From Paraspadella gotoi (taxonomy: Eukaryota; Animalia; Chaetognatha): a stretch of 64,000 nt of DNA. Numbering within the stretch: position 1 is the stretch's first letter; the number at the start of each line of letters is the position of its first letter. Below, piece after piece: positions 25,476 to 38,400 of the stretch. The notes beneath the pieces were generated by a model. It was not told the origin of the DNA. It made no database searches and worked only from the letters and a program-made list of their open reading frames with translations. Location: positions 9,370,772-9,434,771 of the forward strand of contig CM119265.1 in the NCBI GenBank assembly GCA_051294375.1. The letters are read 5' to 3'. The position numbers were made by a program, and so were the translations under genes.

Positions 25476-27287
25476 CTAAACTGCAGCCAGTTTTTTAGCG
25501 TTTTCCAAAGTATTTTTAAGTAGAAGAGCAACTGTCATAGGTCCGACGCCGCCGGGAACCGGTGTTAGAAATGACGCTACGTTCTTAGCCTCATCGAAAG
25601 CCACGTCGCCGACAAGACGTTGGCCAGATCGTTTTGAAGAGTCGGATATGGCGTTGATCCCACAATCGATAACCACAGCACCGGGCTTTATCCAATCGCC
25701 TTATTTAAAGATTCAATTTGTTTTAAAATAGCGCTTATATTACGAAAAACTTCATCTTTAAGAATATTTTGTCATTTAAGTTACAAAGTTGTAGAAATTT
25801 GATTTTCATTAAACAACTAGTTTACAATTAGTATTAGTATCTTTAGCGCGTTTGACAAATGTGAAAAATTATTAACAAAATAATGAGTGAGAGAGAGTGT
25901 GTGTGTTAGGTTAAAAGTTGCCAATTTGAGGATCAATGGTCAAATGCTGTTCCAAAGAAAAAATTCTGCTTCTTCAGAAATTTACTCTGAGGAAAATCAC
26001 TCTTGATTGAAGTCCCTGTATATTGATTCAAAGGCTTTTTTAACATTTCTAAAATATGTTATAATTGTTTGGCATGTAAATTGTTAATTATAGTGAGTTT
26101 ACCTTTGATCATTTCTGCCCTGCCAATTGCGGCTATGAGAATATCAGCCTCTCGACAGACTTCCTTCAAACTTCGGGTTTTGGAATGACATTTGGTGACC
26201 GTAGCGTGATGCCAAACCAGCAAATCCGCCATGGGACTTCCCACAATTTTGCTCCTATCGAAGAAAAGTAGCTTAACCTTTGTTTACCATAAAAAAGTCG
26301 CACACCTTACCTGCCGAGCACCACCGCGGAAGCTCCGCTAATTTCCTTGTCCGACCTCTTAATGAGATCGAGACAACCCAGCGGAGTGCATGGAATAATG
26401 CAGTCCAAATCCCCTCGTGCTTAAATATGATCGAAAAACATATGTTTCTTCTCTGGGTTAAGTTAATCGGAGAATGTTGCTCTTCTCTCACCCAGCTTTC
26501 CCGCGTTGACGTCGGTGAGACCGTCGACGTCTTTGCTCGCTGCGATGACGTTCGTAGCAGCGTGGGCGTCTAGAGGATGGTCCGATTCGGGAGGGAGTTG
26601 AAGGATTATTCCGTGAACCGCGGGATCGGCATTAAGGCTTTCGAGCGAGGATATAAGTTGTGATTGAGTGGTAGTCCTGTCGAAAAAAAAAACGATGTGC
26701 ATGTTACAATTATATTGGGACATTCGATTTACAATTTCGTCATATTTCATTGAGTTTCAAAAGATTTTTTCGAACACAGTATGTTCAATTTGTTCATTGT
26801 GAAATGAAATTAGGACAAATGACAATTATCCAATGAACAACTGTGATTGTGGAAAGAAAAGTCGAGTCATATCCCTAACAGACAAAGGATATCGAAGTAT
26901 GGGAATTGTAACAAATATGTTATGTAAGATCGAACAATAATTTAATAAACTTTATATTTCTCACCTTGGGAGCCGCAAGTGCTGAGTGTAGATCCCGACG
27001 TCCTTGGCATTTTTCATTTTCATCCTGATGTAAACGTTTGAGTCCTCTCGACTTCCCACTTGTACAATTGCGAGTCCTGGGAGAAATCCTGGGTCGTCTT
27101 TTCTGATTCGACCGATCTCTTCCTTGATTCCGACTCGAATCTCGCCCGCTGACACATTGCCGTCCAAGAGCTGTGCGCCACTCGTCGCCCTGTCACTGCC
27201 CTGTCTAGCTCCGCTGCGCTTAAAGATGTTAGGGCAGAGCGCCAAGGGGGAACGTTTTCCGAGAAAAGAGACGACGCGAACGGCCAT
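25476..27287 (-). CDS. Methylenetetrahydrofolate dehydrogenase/cyclohydrolase (FolD-like, MTHFD1-type DC domain only) with putative mitochondrial presequence
   Basis: [21 protein letters not shown] (YxxxK), [61 protein letters not shown] followed by stop; six exons. Confidence 0.9.
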
Positions 27288-29220
27288 TTTGTTATTTAAA
27301 GTTTAATGAGATTACTCAAACCCTGTCGTTTCGAATGCAGTGTCACAAGACGAGGATTTTAACTCGACGAACTCTACGTAATATCCTGAGGTCGGAGACC
27401 ACTTTCGTCCTCTTCATCGTATTTTGAGGAGGAAGGCTGTTCGTGCGACCGTTAACTGGTCTGGTTCGGTTCGATCTCGCTCCTCAACATTTATCTTTTC
27501 GAATGATTCAACTTTTTAAGATTGGCAGTTAATAATTTTGGAATGACTAAAATATCCATTTAAATCTCTTGCAATATCTTGATCGATCTCTGAAGGTCGT
27601 GGACAAAAGAGATATTTTAAGACTTAGTGTTCAATTGTGAGAGACCTAACCAAAGGAGCGCGGCACTACCTAACAGAGAGAAAGAGATACAGTATCTGAC
27701 CTATCTCGCGAATGCAAAAAGTGATCATTGATAACTGATCAATGCACAGTAGAGCGTAGTGAAAGTTACGTATGAAAATTTAAAATGTCATTTATAAAGA
27801 ACGTACCATCAGTAAACAATAATTGGTTAATTAATTTAAAAAAATGATTTTGTGTATTTTATGTATTTAAAATTTCGCAGTAGTTCATATTTATTTAGAG
27901 TGCTATCCTTATAAAATATTAAAATATCAAAATAGGCTTTTCTTGACACAAGTTGATGAAAGAAAATATATATTATTTTTTAAAAAAATTTCATTAAATG
28001 GGTTAAAAATTTAAAAACTATGTTCAACTTATGAATATTTAATTTTCAGCTTAAAATATAAGTTTTTTAATTTTTGACCAACTTAATGAAAGAACTTTTT
28101 TAAAAAAGTTATTTTTTAAAAAAAAAATTACTGACGAATCCATATCTGTAAAAGAAATCTTACAAAAAAACATTTTGTATATTTTTATATATTAATTTTT
28201 ATTAGTACAAGGTTGTTCATTCCTCAGTTTTAGAATTTTAATTGAAGTTAAATTTATAATTTTTACTACGCTTCACTGAACAGTGAACACTGGCTCTTAC
28301 CTTAGATTTACTGTTTCTACGGTTAGTGTTGAACGTGTCATTAAGCTTACTAAAAAATCTGCTTGTATTTCACAGTATCAACCATCACTATAAATTTAGT
28401 TTTTTATTAACAGCTCATATACAATACTATAAATACAAAACGCTACAAAAATATTAAACTTACGGGGGCCGACTGTTATACATGGACGATTGACTACCAT
28501 TAACTGGGAAATAAAGACATTAATGATATGCAAAGTGCAAAAGTTTTAGTTCATCTCAATCTTTCGGCGTTTTTCTCCCCTTCGCGCCTTTTCCACTCGA
28601 CTTTGTGCTTACGCGCGAGTCCGGACGCTTGGCACTTTTCTCTTGGCGAGACCCTTTGCGAAGCTGTGTGAACGTAAGATAAACTATTAATGAAGATTTA
28701 TTATTTCATTGTGAGATGTGTTTCTCCTATTCGTTTTCTGAGTAGTAACTAACGCCAAGCTAGTAGCCTATTGGGTGCCAATAAAGGCGTGTGCGCGGCA
28801 GGCAACCGCTATTACTTGTCGAAAAATTAAGGATTGGAGCAAATAGTTATTTAATCTAAAGGATTTGATAGTGATAGAGCTTTCTGGTTTAATTGTGTGT
28901 TGTCTAGAGCAATCTGCACTTACTGTTTTACACTTACCGGATTATCGACAATATTATTCTTTTCCTTGATTACACAAATTATTGAAAAAGAAAAGACATG
29001 CAGTAGTTAAAGGCGAGTAGTTAAAAAATGGCATTGATGTGGCAATATGTTATGTTTTTTTCATCGATTTTATAGTGTCGGGCGTGAGTTTAATCGTAAA
29101 GTGTCGCCCGTGTTGTTTAAAACTTAGTCGGTCAAAGCATTGTTTTGTTGGTGGTTTTTGCTTTGTGAAAGAAGCAGATGTGATTATTACAAGAGGAGGA
29201 ATGAGTCGCTTAACCTTTAT

Positions 29221-31837
29221 TCATCTTTTAGACTTTTTCCCAGCTTTCCCTCTGGCCTGTCCCTTCACAGCTTTTGACTTTGATTTGGAAGACTGTGATG
29301 AAAGGCCTACATTTCTTTTCATTTGATAGGTAGTTGCATTCTAGTCATCAAAACGTTAATTATGTTGCAGTTGTATAAGAAAGAAAAATCAATGTTTCTT
29401 TAAGTCGATAAGCATTAGTTCTGTACATATATTTTGAAATCGTAGCGTTACGTTACTTACCTCTAAGGAAAGCATGAATACGAAAAAAATAAGAGTTACG
29501 GCCAATTTTAATCATAAATACAGCTGGCATAAAATCCCTGACAAACCAATACTTACGTGCATCATTTAGTTTCATCCAAATCGGAGACAGCGTATCATCT
29601 AGTTGACTTTTCATGGTTATATATTCCATGGTAGATGCCTGAGGATTCTGTTCCAGCCAGCTTTCCTTTTCATTGCATGCTCCATTACAGTAAATCTGAA
29701 AATTTTTTCAAGTTGGTCTACTGTTGTCATTTTCACTAACATTGGTTTTCTCACCTTATCCTCTTTACTGAGCCTTCCTTGAACTTTTTCTGGATCTTGA
29801 AGGGTATCTCTCATATTTTTGATGCTGTCAACCAGGGCCTGCTTAGCCTCTGAGCCATATAATTGACATAAAAAGAATTGTCATTAGTTGTAATTTATTT
29901 ACAAATAAAAAAATTATCCTATACTATAGAAACTTCAAATTTAAATTTTGATCAACTTTTAATTTATGTTAATAATAAAAATACATCGCAGATTATATCA
30001 AAAACATAACATCTCATTTTTTAGGTTTCACATTCGCCGGTCCTTTTGTAGCTTGATTTTCTGTTAAAGTAAGAATTAATTTCTGTAAAATGTTTTCTTT
30101 GATTTGATGTTCTTCATACCTGCCCATTCTAAATATTCTGTGACTTCGTTTTGTTGGTATCGTATGGCTATCTCCCTCGGTCTCTCTCCGTGCGCCGTTC
30201 TCAGTTGCATGTCAGCGTTGCCTTCTACTAACAACTTTATGACGTCCAACTTGCCCCAGGCCGCGGCGTGGTGCATCGCGGTATAGCCTGATTTATTTAA
30301 AACCCCATAAAAATATCCATTTAATCCTGTTCAGTTTCCTTTAATTTTTAAATTAGTTATTTGTAATGTAATATAACTTTATATGCTAAATTAGGGTGAT
30401 TTACAGTATTATTTTTCTCGTTCGTTACATTTCCAGTGGAGATATCTCAGAATCACTTCACTGAAGAGACTTAAATTGTGCCCCATTTTGTATCCCACCG
30501 TCTAGCATTTCCGACGATATCAATTTTTACATAATTGTCTTTGTTATTAATTTCTCTGCCCCAATGAAGTCTTCGAATTTGTGAATCAACTAAGATTTCT
30601 TTACAGTTTACCTTATAATGTTTCACGAATTCACAATCAATTAAAATTTAGTTAAATTTTATTTTAAAAGTATAGTTATAGTTTTATATATAGTTTAAAT
30701 TTAAATTTTAGTTTAAGTTTAGTTAAAAAGTATAGCATGTAAAATGTAGCATTTTGTCTGCTCTAAAAAGTGGTATAGATTATATATTTGTTTAATGCTT
30801 AAGGTACTTTGTAACTTCTCAAACTAATAAGGAAAATATTTTTAAAACGTCTGTTGATTTTATAATTGTTTTTTAATTTGAAAGATTCACAGTTGATATA
30901 ATTCTTTAATATTTTTAATGAATGGCTATAACAAAATGGCTATAACAAAATCTTTTTTTCATGCTTTAAAACTTGTACAGGTTTTATTTTAATGCATTGA
31001 AACATAATATAACTAATCCCTAACTACATTTATAATTATCCCGATAAACCTTTTGTGACTGTCAGTGGTAATTAATTTAAGTAAATCGAATCGATAAAGA
31101 TTCAAATTTGACATTGTGGTGAATCCTAAATATGCCTCCCGTATAGCTTAGTGAAACTCAGCTTGGACAGCTCGTTCACCAACCGTGAGTTCCGGGTTCA
31201 ATCCCCTCACGGTCACACTGGTTAAAGTGTGATGGTGTCGTTATAAACACGCCAATGACATGGGGTGGTCATTGCAGATCCAAAGCATTTAATAAATAAG
31301 CTACCGTTCCCCTGACTTTGGAGGTTTAAGACCTATATTATACGTCATAGAAAATACCAAACAGAGACTTTCAAAACCGGCTAAACTCGAAAAAAATTAT
31401 GCTCTCCAATTATATTTACTTTTGTCCACTAAGTTTAAATATCTATTCCAAAGTATTAGAAATCTCAATTATATCACCATAAACAAAATGGTAACCATTT
31501 TTCTCTTCATTTCTCAACCTTTGGCAGAGGCGGCGTTGAGATTAACTTCTTTGGCGACGAGATACTCGACGATCTCCGTCCTTCCGAGGATCGCTGCCGT
31601 ATCGAGGGAACTTTTCCCATCCCACGGGTCGCGTGTCTCCAGCACCGACCGAAGCTCCTCCTCTGTCATTTCAGGTGGCGGGACTTCCGCAGCCGGGTCT
31701 TCGCCGAAAAGGTACTATCGCCAAAAAATATTGACATTTACCAGCATATGAAACTAAAACTAATACACCTTAGTAAGGCTAAGCCAAAGCCTAAATCACT
31801 CAATGAATAGGAATTTTATATTTTGTAAAAATAACAT

Positions 31838-31877
<40 letters not shown>

Positions 31878-33984
31878 ACATTATACATTAAGCTTATTTA
31901 TTAAATGAATGGATAATTTTTATATTGGTTGTACCAATTTCATTTATATTAGATATTGTGGCGGTATATTCAAACCGCCTCACATCCACCATCCTTCAGC
32001 CAAATCCATTGGCTCAGAGGGGGAACACACCATCCCAGGCGTAGTGTTCCATCCACAGTCCTAACGACTTCCCTCTGTGTTGGAAAAGCGAGACCGTCCT
32101 GGGGTTACCGCGCCAGTGACTGAGGGGGTCACTGAGGGTCGGAGGCCCCCAAGGCCAACAGTGAGATGCCCCATCCCAATGGGCATCACAGGCAACCTGG
32201 CTGTTGCCACAAGTGGTGAGCCCTACTTTCGAACACGCAACCTTCTCAGGGTACGTTACGACAAATGCCTATACCCTGCCGACTTCGGGTACGCTACGAC
32301 AAACGCTATGCCCCTGGGGTACGCTACGACAAACGCCTATGCCCCTACAACTCGCGCTCTCTCTCCCACTATGGTAACAGTCTTGTCAGACACCTCTCAG
32401 GCTTGAGGAACCTGAGTGATGTCTTGGCCCGGGGATCCTGTGGCGGTATATTCACACCGCCTCACGTCCACCATCCTTCAGCCAAATCCATTGGCTCAGA
32501 GGGGAACACACCATCCCAGGCGTAGTGTTCCATCCACAGTAGAGCGTTGAAAATAACAAAATATAACAAATCAAGTGAGTTACATAGCTATTTTAGTGTA
32601 ATGTAGTTTGTAGAATTCGATGGTGATGACCATTTTTTTATATAATTTTATCTTTCTTGTCGAAATGACGGTTTTTAATGTATATAAAATTGTTATAAAA
32701 TAGCAAAACCATTATAAGTTATGATAAATCAAATTATTAAAATTTTATAAATTTATATGAGCTTTTGAAATATAAAAATAAAGACTTATAAAATATTTGG
32801 TAAGTTTATTTCTAAATTTTATGTTTTATAAAAAGTTAGTTAACTATATTTATTAATAATTATGAGTAAAAATTAGGTTAAAGTTAAAAAATAATAATTT
32901 CAAAATTTTTCATGGATTTGCATTCTTTGCAAAAGTTGATATAAGAAAATATAATTTTTATATCAAAATTATGTCATTAAGTTAGTCAAAATTCAGAAAA
33001 CTATAATTTTAAGCCAAAAATTGAAAAATTAAACAAAATAATAGTTTTTAATATTTTTAACCTACTTAATGAAAGAATTTTTTAAAATAAATTATACTTT
33101 CTTATATCAATTTTTTGTAAGGAATTCAAATCCGGTTTTAAAATTTAATTTTTTTTATTTTTTCACTTTAGCTTATTTTTTATTATTATTTGTTATTATA
33201 TAAATATAGTACTAATGCAATAAGTCTATATCAAAATAACTAATTAATTAAATATTATAATATTTTGAAAATGTAAACTTAGCACAAATATTATATATTA
33301 TCTTTATTTTGAGTCTTTATTTTTATATTATGTAAGTTAAATATGGCTTTTATAAAATCTTAATAATTGAGTTTCTTATACTCTACAATGTTTGCTCCAT
33401 TTTAATAGCACTTTATATGCTGCAAAAATCGCATTTCCGACAAAGAAGATGAGACTATACCAAAAAATGGTTATCATCATCGAATCTACAGACTTTATTA
33501 CACTAAAATAGCTATATACCTCACTTGATTTGTTTTATTTCGTTATTTTTCAACGCCTAACGACTTCCCTCTGCGTTGGCAAAGCGAGACCGTCCTGGGG
33601 TAACCGCGCCAGTGACTGGAGGCGTCACTGAGGGTCGGAGGCCCCCAAGGCCAACAGTGAGATGCCCCATCCCAATGGGCATCACAGGCAACCTGGCTGT
33701 TGCCATAATATCTTTATAGTGAATCCAATATCATTTTAAAAATTAATATTATTTCAAATTTGTTGTTTTTAATTTGTAACCCTGACCAGTGACTAATCAT
33801 CACTTGTTTTATAGACCAAATAAAATATTGTTCAAGTTTTAAACTCTTTTCTGAAATTTCCTTCCAGTTGATGCACCTGAAGCTTGCTCAGTTCATTGTT
33901 GACGACGGCCTCGAGAACAAACTCGTGATCGACGGCGAATGCTGTACTTGCGCTTTCAGACACTGAAACCGAAACCTCGGACAT
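29221..33984 (-). CDS. Ankyrin repeat protein, ANKRD45-like, multi-exon
   Basis: Exon 1 33984-33877 (MSEVS...LSKLQ), exon 2 from 31714 (GKSSLDTAAILGRTEIVEYLV), exon 3 GYTAMHHAAAWGKLDVIKLLV...GERPREIAIRY, then DTLQDPEKVQGRLSKEDK; last exon uncertain (stop at 29221 or 28556). Confidence 0.72.
31134..31335 (+). mobile_element. SINE-like element: tRNA-like head, partial twister motif, and tail from another repeat family
   Basis: A-box-like TAGCTTAGTG at 31144, B-box GGTTCAATCC at 31195, then GTGT GA TGG...T^AA ACAC GC CAATGAC..GTCATTG CAGA TCCA AA GC. Confidence 0.65.
32541..33555. mobile_element. AT-rich foldback/MITE-like element with long imperfect terminal inverted repeats
   Basis: GCGTTGAAAATAACAAAATATAACAAATCAAGTGAG...GACCATTTTTT is mirrored by AAAAAATGGTT...CTCACTTGATTTGTTTTATTTCGTTATTTTTCAACGC (about 100 bp or more). 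Confidence 0.8.
33575..33655 (+). ncRNA. Twister ribozyme motif, type P5 (L4 variant TCGG-AG-GC)
   Basis: Same architecture with intact TAA cleavage site; its partner in the 5' LTR (32079-32159) has TAA changed to TTA. Confidence 0.65.
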
Positions 33985-34357
33985 TTTTCCCGCGGGGATT
34001 AATCTTCATCTGAAGATTCTATTTCGTTCATTTATTACAACTTTATTCTCATCGTCACTTTTAATTTCTATCCCATTTTGCATTAATTCTTGACCTCCAG
34101 CCGTATCTAAATTGCTTTGATTTTTATTGCTGGCGTCTCGTTTCCATGACAGTCCTGCTACCGAGGCCGTCAGTCGAATTCTTAGCTCAGCAGCTGCCGC
34201 TACTGAAACCGCAGAGCGTTAATGCTTTGTGCCGCCATCTACGTCGTCAGCTCCATTGCTTGACGTGTTGCACGTTTTTAAATTAACAACAAAAGATGAT
34301 TAAAGCCTCCTAATTTTTTTTATTCTTTTCTTATCCTGGCGCCAATCTGAACAGAAA

Positions 34358-35058
34358 ATGATTGACGTCACCGATTTACAAAGTAATTATATCCATTTTA
34401 CAATCAAATGCCGTGGTTTAAGTTGCTAATGGAACGTTTATTTTAGAAATTGGCATCGGTCTCACCGGCTTCGGCATCGCATTTCTGACGCTGGGTGTGC
34501 TTTTCCTCTTTGACAAGGGTCTTTTGGCGATCGGAAACGTATGTGAATAAGGGCGTTCATTAAGTTCAAGAAATGTTTTCGCTGGAGTCTGGACAATTTC
34601 AATTTGCCCGCAGATCCTTTTTCTCAGCGGAGTGGCCTTCATCATTGGGTTGGAAAGAACTTTCAGATTCTTCTTTCAAAGACACAAGTTAAAAGCTACG
34701 GGGTTTTTCATCGGTGGCATTTTCACGGTGCTGTTAGGTTGGCCCATGGTCGGAATGATCGTCGAATTGTATGGATTCTATCATCTTTTCAGGTAAACTA
34801 AATAATATATATAAAATAAATGATCGCATGAAATAATACTAAGTAACTAACAAAATGTTTCTAGTGGGTTTTTTCCCGTTGTCATTAATTTCCTACGTCG
34901 CCTTCCCGTCGTTGGTCTCCTACTGAATCTCCCTGGAATTAGCGTGGTAAGCTTCTTACAATCAATCTTGCACAATTTGCTAAATGTTAACAAGGTTCTA
35001 CTTTGCTTGATTCCAGGTGGCCGACAAACTCAGTAACGATTCTCGATCGATGGTGTGA
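34358..35058 (+). CDS. GOLT1B: Golgi transport protein Got1/GOLT1, five exons
   Basis: MIDVTDLQKIGIGLTGFGIAFLTLGVLFLFDKGLLAIGN, FFQRHKLKATGFFIGG, SGFFPVVINFLRRLPVVG, ends SRSMV-stop. Confidence 0.92.
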
Positions 35059-35485
35059 ATTTCGTCCATATTGCGTCATTTTCGTCATGCATCTTTTTTA
35101 TCATCGTTGAACAGTCGTATTTATCGTTTAAAAACCTCCCTCATGTTGTACGTCTAAAAAATTGACGCCGTTTTGCTGTAAATAAATTAAATTTTATTTC
35201 ACAGATGAATGTACAGAAAATTTATTTAAAATGAACTTGCCAAAAACGATCAAAATAAATTGTTACTAGGTCGAATCAAGTTGTAAAATGTATTAGACTC
35301 GTTCATTGCACCTACAAGAGATTATCTCTGTAGACTAGGTGAAGGCATAAATTTATTCGGATGTATGTAAATGGAGGGTCAGTCGCCAAATGACTTGAAA
35401 AGAAAAAGGAACTTCTGATGCGCAGCAAGAAAGTGAGAACATTGAACACGCACAATTTCTAGGGAATAAAGAAATCTTGGGCAGA

Positions 35486-38400
35486 TCACAATTCGTCGTC
35501 TGGGTCGTGAGTCTTTTTCGCTTCGTCTCCGCTTGGCTCCCCAGTACTCGAGGGTTCCGTCGGAGGCTGTTCCGCCGGAGGAGGCTCGGATGTTGGCTCC
35601 CCCGATGAAGGCGAATCGGGGGAGGGCGCCTCTGGAGCCTCGGGAGACTGTCGATCGGCGGCAGGAGCCTCGGTCGCCTCGTCCTTTCCAGTTCCCTCTT
35701 CGGATACCGGCGATTCGGTCGGGGGAATGACTTTCTCTTCATTCTTCTTCGCCTCTTCTTCCTTCGCGGGTTCCTTTTTCGGTTTGGGCTTGTGGAACTT
35801 GGCTTTGTTGATGAGATATTTGATCTCTCGGTCCAGCGCCGCCAGCTTGGCCTCGACTTCAGACACGGTAAAAGCCGGCTTCTCGAAGTCTTTCTTCGTT
35901 TTCTGTTTCTCGACAACGACGTCCATCCAAGTTTGGGTCTCCACGTTAAGCTTGGCGAGAGTGTCGAGTTCGACCTCGGTGAAAATCGGATCGTCCGGAG
36001 TAGAATCGCTCAGGTTCTTGCTCATGACTAATATGAGATAAAGGTCAATTGTCGTTTAAGAAATTAAGAGAATGAGCCTTAGTTGTCGCTTCCCTTTATA
36101 CTCACCGTAAAAGTTGTGAGACGTGTTCAGGTGGCTGACAAGCGACTCAATGGCTTTGGGGCGGTTTTCTTTTTCGTTTAGTCGACCAAAGAACTCGGCG
36201 AATTCTTTCTTCAGCTCAGAAAGTTTATCCTTATAAGTTTTGGTTGGGACCTCGGGCCCTTGGTCGAACAACCAGTCGTCGGCCTTATTGAGGGAAGCCA
36301 GGAACGTCTCCCGCTCTTCTTCTAAAAATTTTAATTGAAAAATATTAATTTTTTTTTAAATATAAAAAAAAGCGGCGAAGTCGTTACCCGTCGCGCAAGA
36401 AGCCGTCTCATCCAAGTTCATCTTGTCCTTTGCGTCGTAAATAAAACCCTCGAGTGCGTTTTGAGCCGCCTCGCGCGCCACTCTCTCCGCGTCGGCGTCG
36501 TCCATCCTTTTGAGCGTCTCCCGAGCGAGCTTTAACTCATCAACCGTCATTTCCCTGGTGTCCTCGTAATGAAGCTCGGACGATATAGGTTCCTTTATCG
36601 TAACCAACTTCGGCACCACTTTTTTCGGCTTTTCCTCTTTCGCTTTATCTTTTTTCTCGTCTTTTTCTGTCTTGTTAGCGCCTTCCTTCACTTTTTCTTC
36701 TTTCTTTTGGTCTTTCGCTTCTTCTTTATTTTCTTCCTCTTTTTTGATTTCCGGATTTTCTTCTTTCGTTTTTTCCCCTTTTTGGTTTTCTTGACCACTT
36801 TTAGTTTGTGCTTGACCAGTTTCCTCCTTCGTCGTTTCCTTCTCATTTTCTTTCTTTTCATCATCTTTTCCCTGTTGCTCCTCTTCCTCTTTCTTTTCGC
36901 CAAACATGTTGGAGAAAGCGTCTTTGATCTGGTCAAGCGTTGAAGGTGACGCCTCCGACGCGGCTTCTTCCTCTTTAATCGTCTTCTCGAACAAAGACTC
37001 CACTTTCTCCAGCTGAAGAATTCCACTTTCGTCCATGCGAAAATGAGCTTTCACTCCTGGAAAAATATTTTTCTTTTGCCAATTTTTTAAACATTCATGA
37101 GTAAATATTTGCAAACAGTAAATAGATAAACAAAATTAAACTAATCCCTTTTATACCTTTCGCCTCGACGTCTTCACCACTGTGTTTATCTAAAGCCTTG
37201 TCAACGCCCGCAAGCGCGACCGTCTTTAACTCCCTCCCTCCGAACATGGCCTGATGTTCACCGTCGAGGAACGAGACGTCTCCATAATTTACGCGGACTC
37301 CGAAATCCTTTCGGTGTTTAGGAAAAGTGAGAACTTTGCGTTGCGGGTATGGGTTGTTTCGCGTGAAAAGCACGCGTTTAACTATCTTTCCCGGGGCTTC
37401 AGTGGAATCGGGCGCCGACTCGGACGGAGCGGCCAAGGCGCGTTCGAATTCAACCTAATTTAAATGCTTGAAAATTAAAGTCTTTTCCCGCCCTAGCCTT
37501 CGGTCCCACCCGACCCTTTACCTCGATAGGATAAACGTTAGAGTCTTTGACCAAAAATTTTTTAACTCTAAATCCTTTGCTTAAATGAGCGGCCTGATAA
37601 ACGGCACCCATGGCAGCGGACTCGTCCGTGTTTAAACTCATTCCTAGTTGATCGTGCCCCTTCGCAACCTCGAGGACGTTTTCGCGAACTTTAGGTATGC
37701 GCGTCCCGCCACCGAAGAGAAGAACTTGACTAACGGGGAAAAATAAAAGTTGAGCCGAACAAAATGACTTATTGCATAAGGTATGCGGGAAATAATTTGT
37801 TTTTTCTTTACTTTATCTCTCCCCACGTCATCTCCGATGATTTCATGGCCTCCTCCACCGGCTTCGCGACTCGGGCGAGCAAATCCTGGCACATGCCAAG
37901 AAATTCGTCTCTCGTGACTTTTTGGCGAAAATCTTTTTCCTCTAAAAGTCCCTCGATCTGAGCGTAAGCTTCCTTGTTTGCGCTGAGGATGAGCTTGACT
38001 CTTTCCGCTTCCTTGAGCAGTTTGCTCATTGCCTTTGAATTGGCCGTCACGTCTTGCTTGACTAGCTTCTTCTCGTTGAAAGCCTGGGAGAAGCGAAAAA
38101 GTTTACGGCACGTTTTAGACTAATGGAGTCAATTGCACGAAAAAGTGAGCGACCTTGGCCAAATGATTTCTGAGCCTGAGAGTAAATTCGAGTCCGCCCA
38201 GCGTTCGATCGAAGCCGACGGATTTAATCGTGACTTGAGGATTCGTTTCCGCGAATCCGTTTTCCTTCGTCTGCACCAATTGATAACTGGCGATGGAGGC
38301 GACGGTTGATCGCGCCCCCATGTCGAAGATGAGAAAGTTTTGCGCCGTCGCGTTGAATTCTTTACGTCTGGGAGTGAAAGCGGTTTTTGAAACGAGGAAC

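Larger units (their letters stand above)
31957..33707 (+). mobile_element. Second complete copy of the same TRIM/retrozyme-like element, with the 3' LTR split by a ~1-kb foldback insertion
   Basis: 5' LTR 31957-32211 (TGT...ACA), PBS-like TGGTGAGCCC at 32214, 3' LTR 32439-32540 plus 33556-33707, TSD ATAT on both sides; lies in intron 1 of the ANKRD45-like gene. Confidence 0.9.

Noticed and set aside
27348-27500. GC-richer, hairpin-forming segment upstream of the folate gene with GGTTCGATC and a minus-strand CGATGA...GAAA resembling a hammerhead or snRNA
   Set aside because: Lacks the CUGANGA core and matches no snRNA, U3, 7SK or vault RNA that I can recognise; may be promoter or 5' UTR. An Rfam scan would settle it
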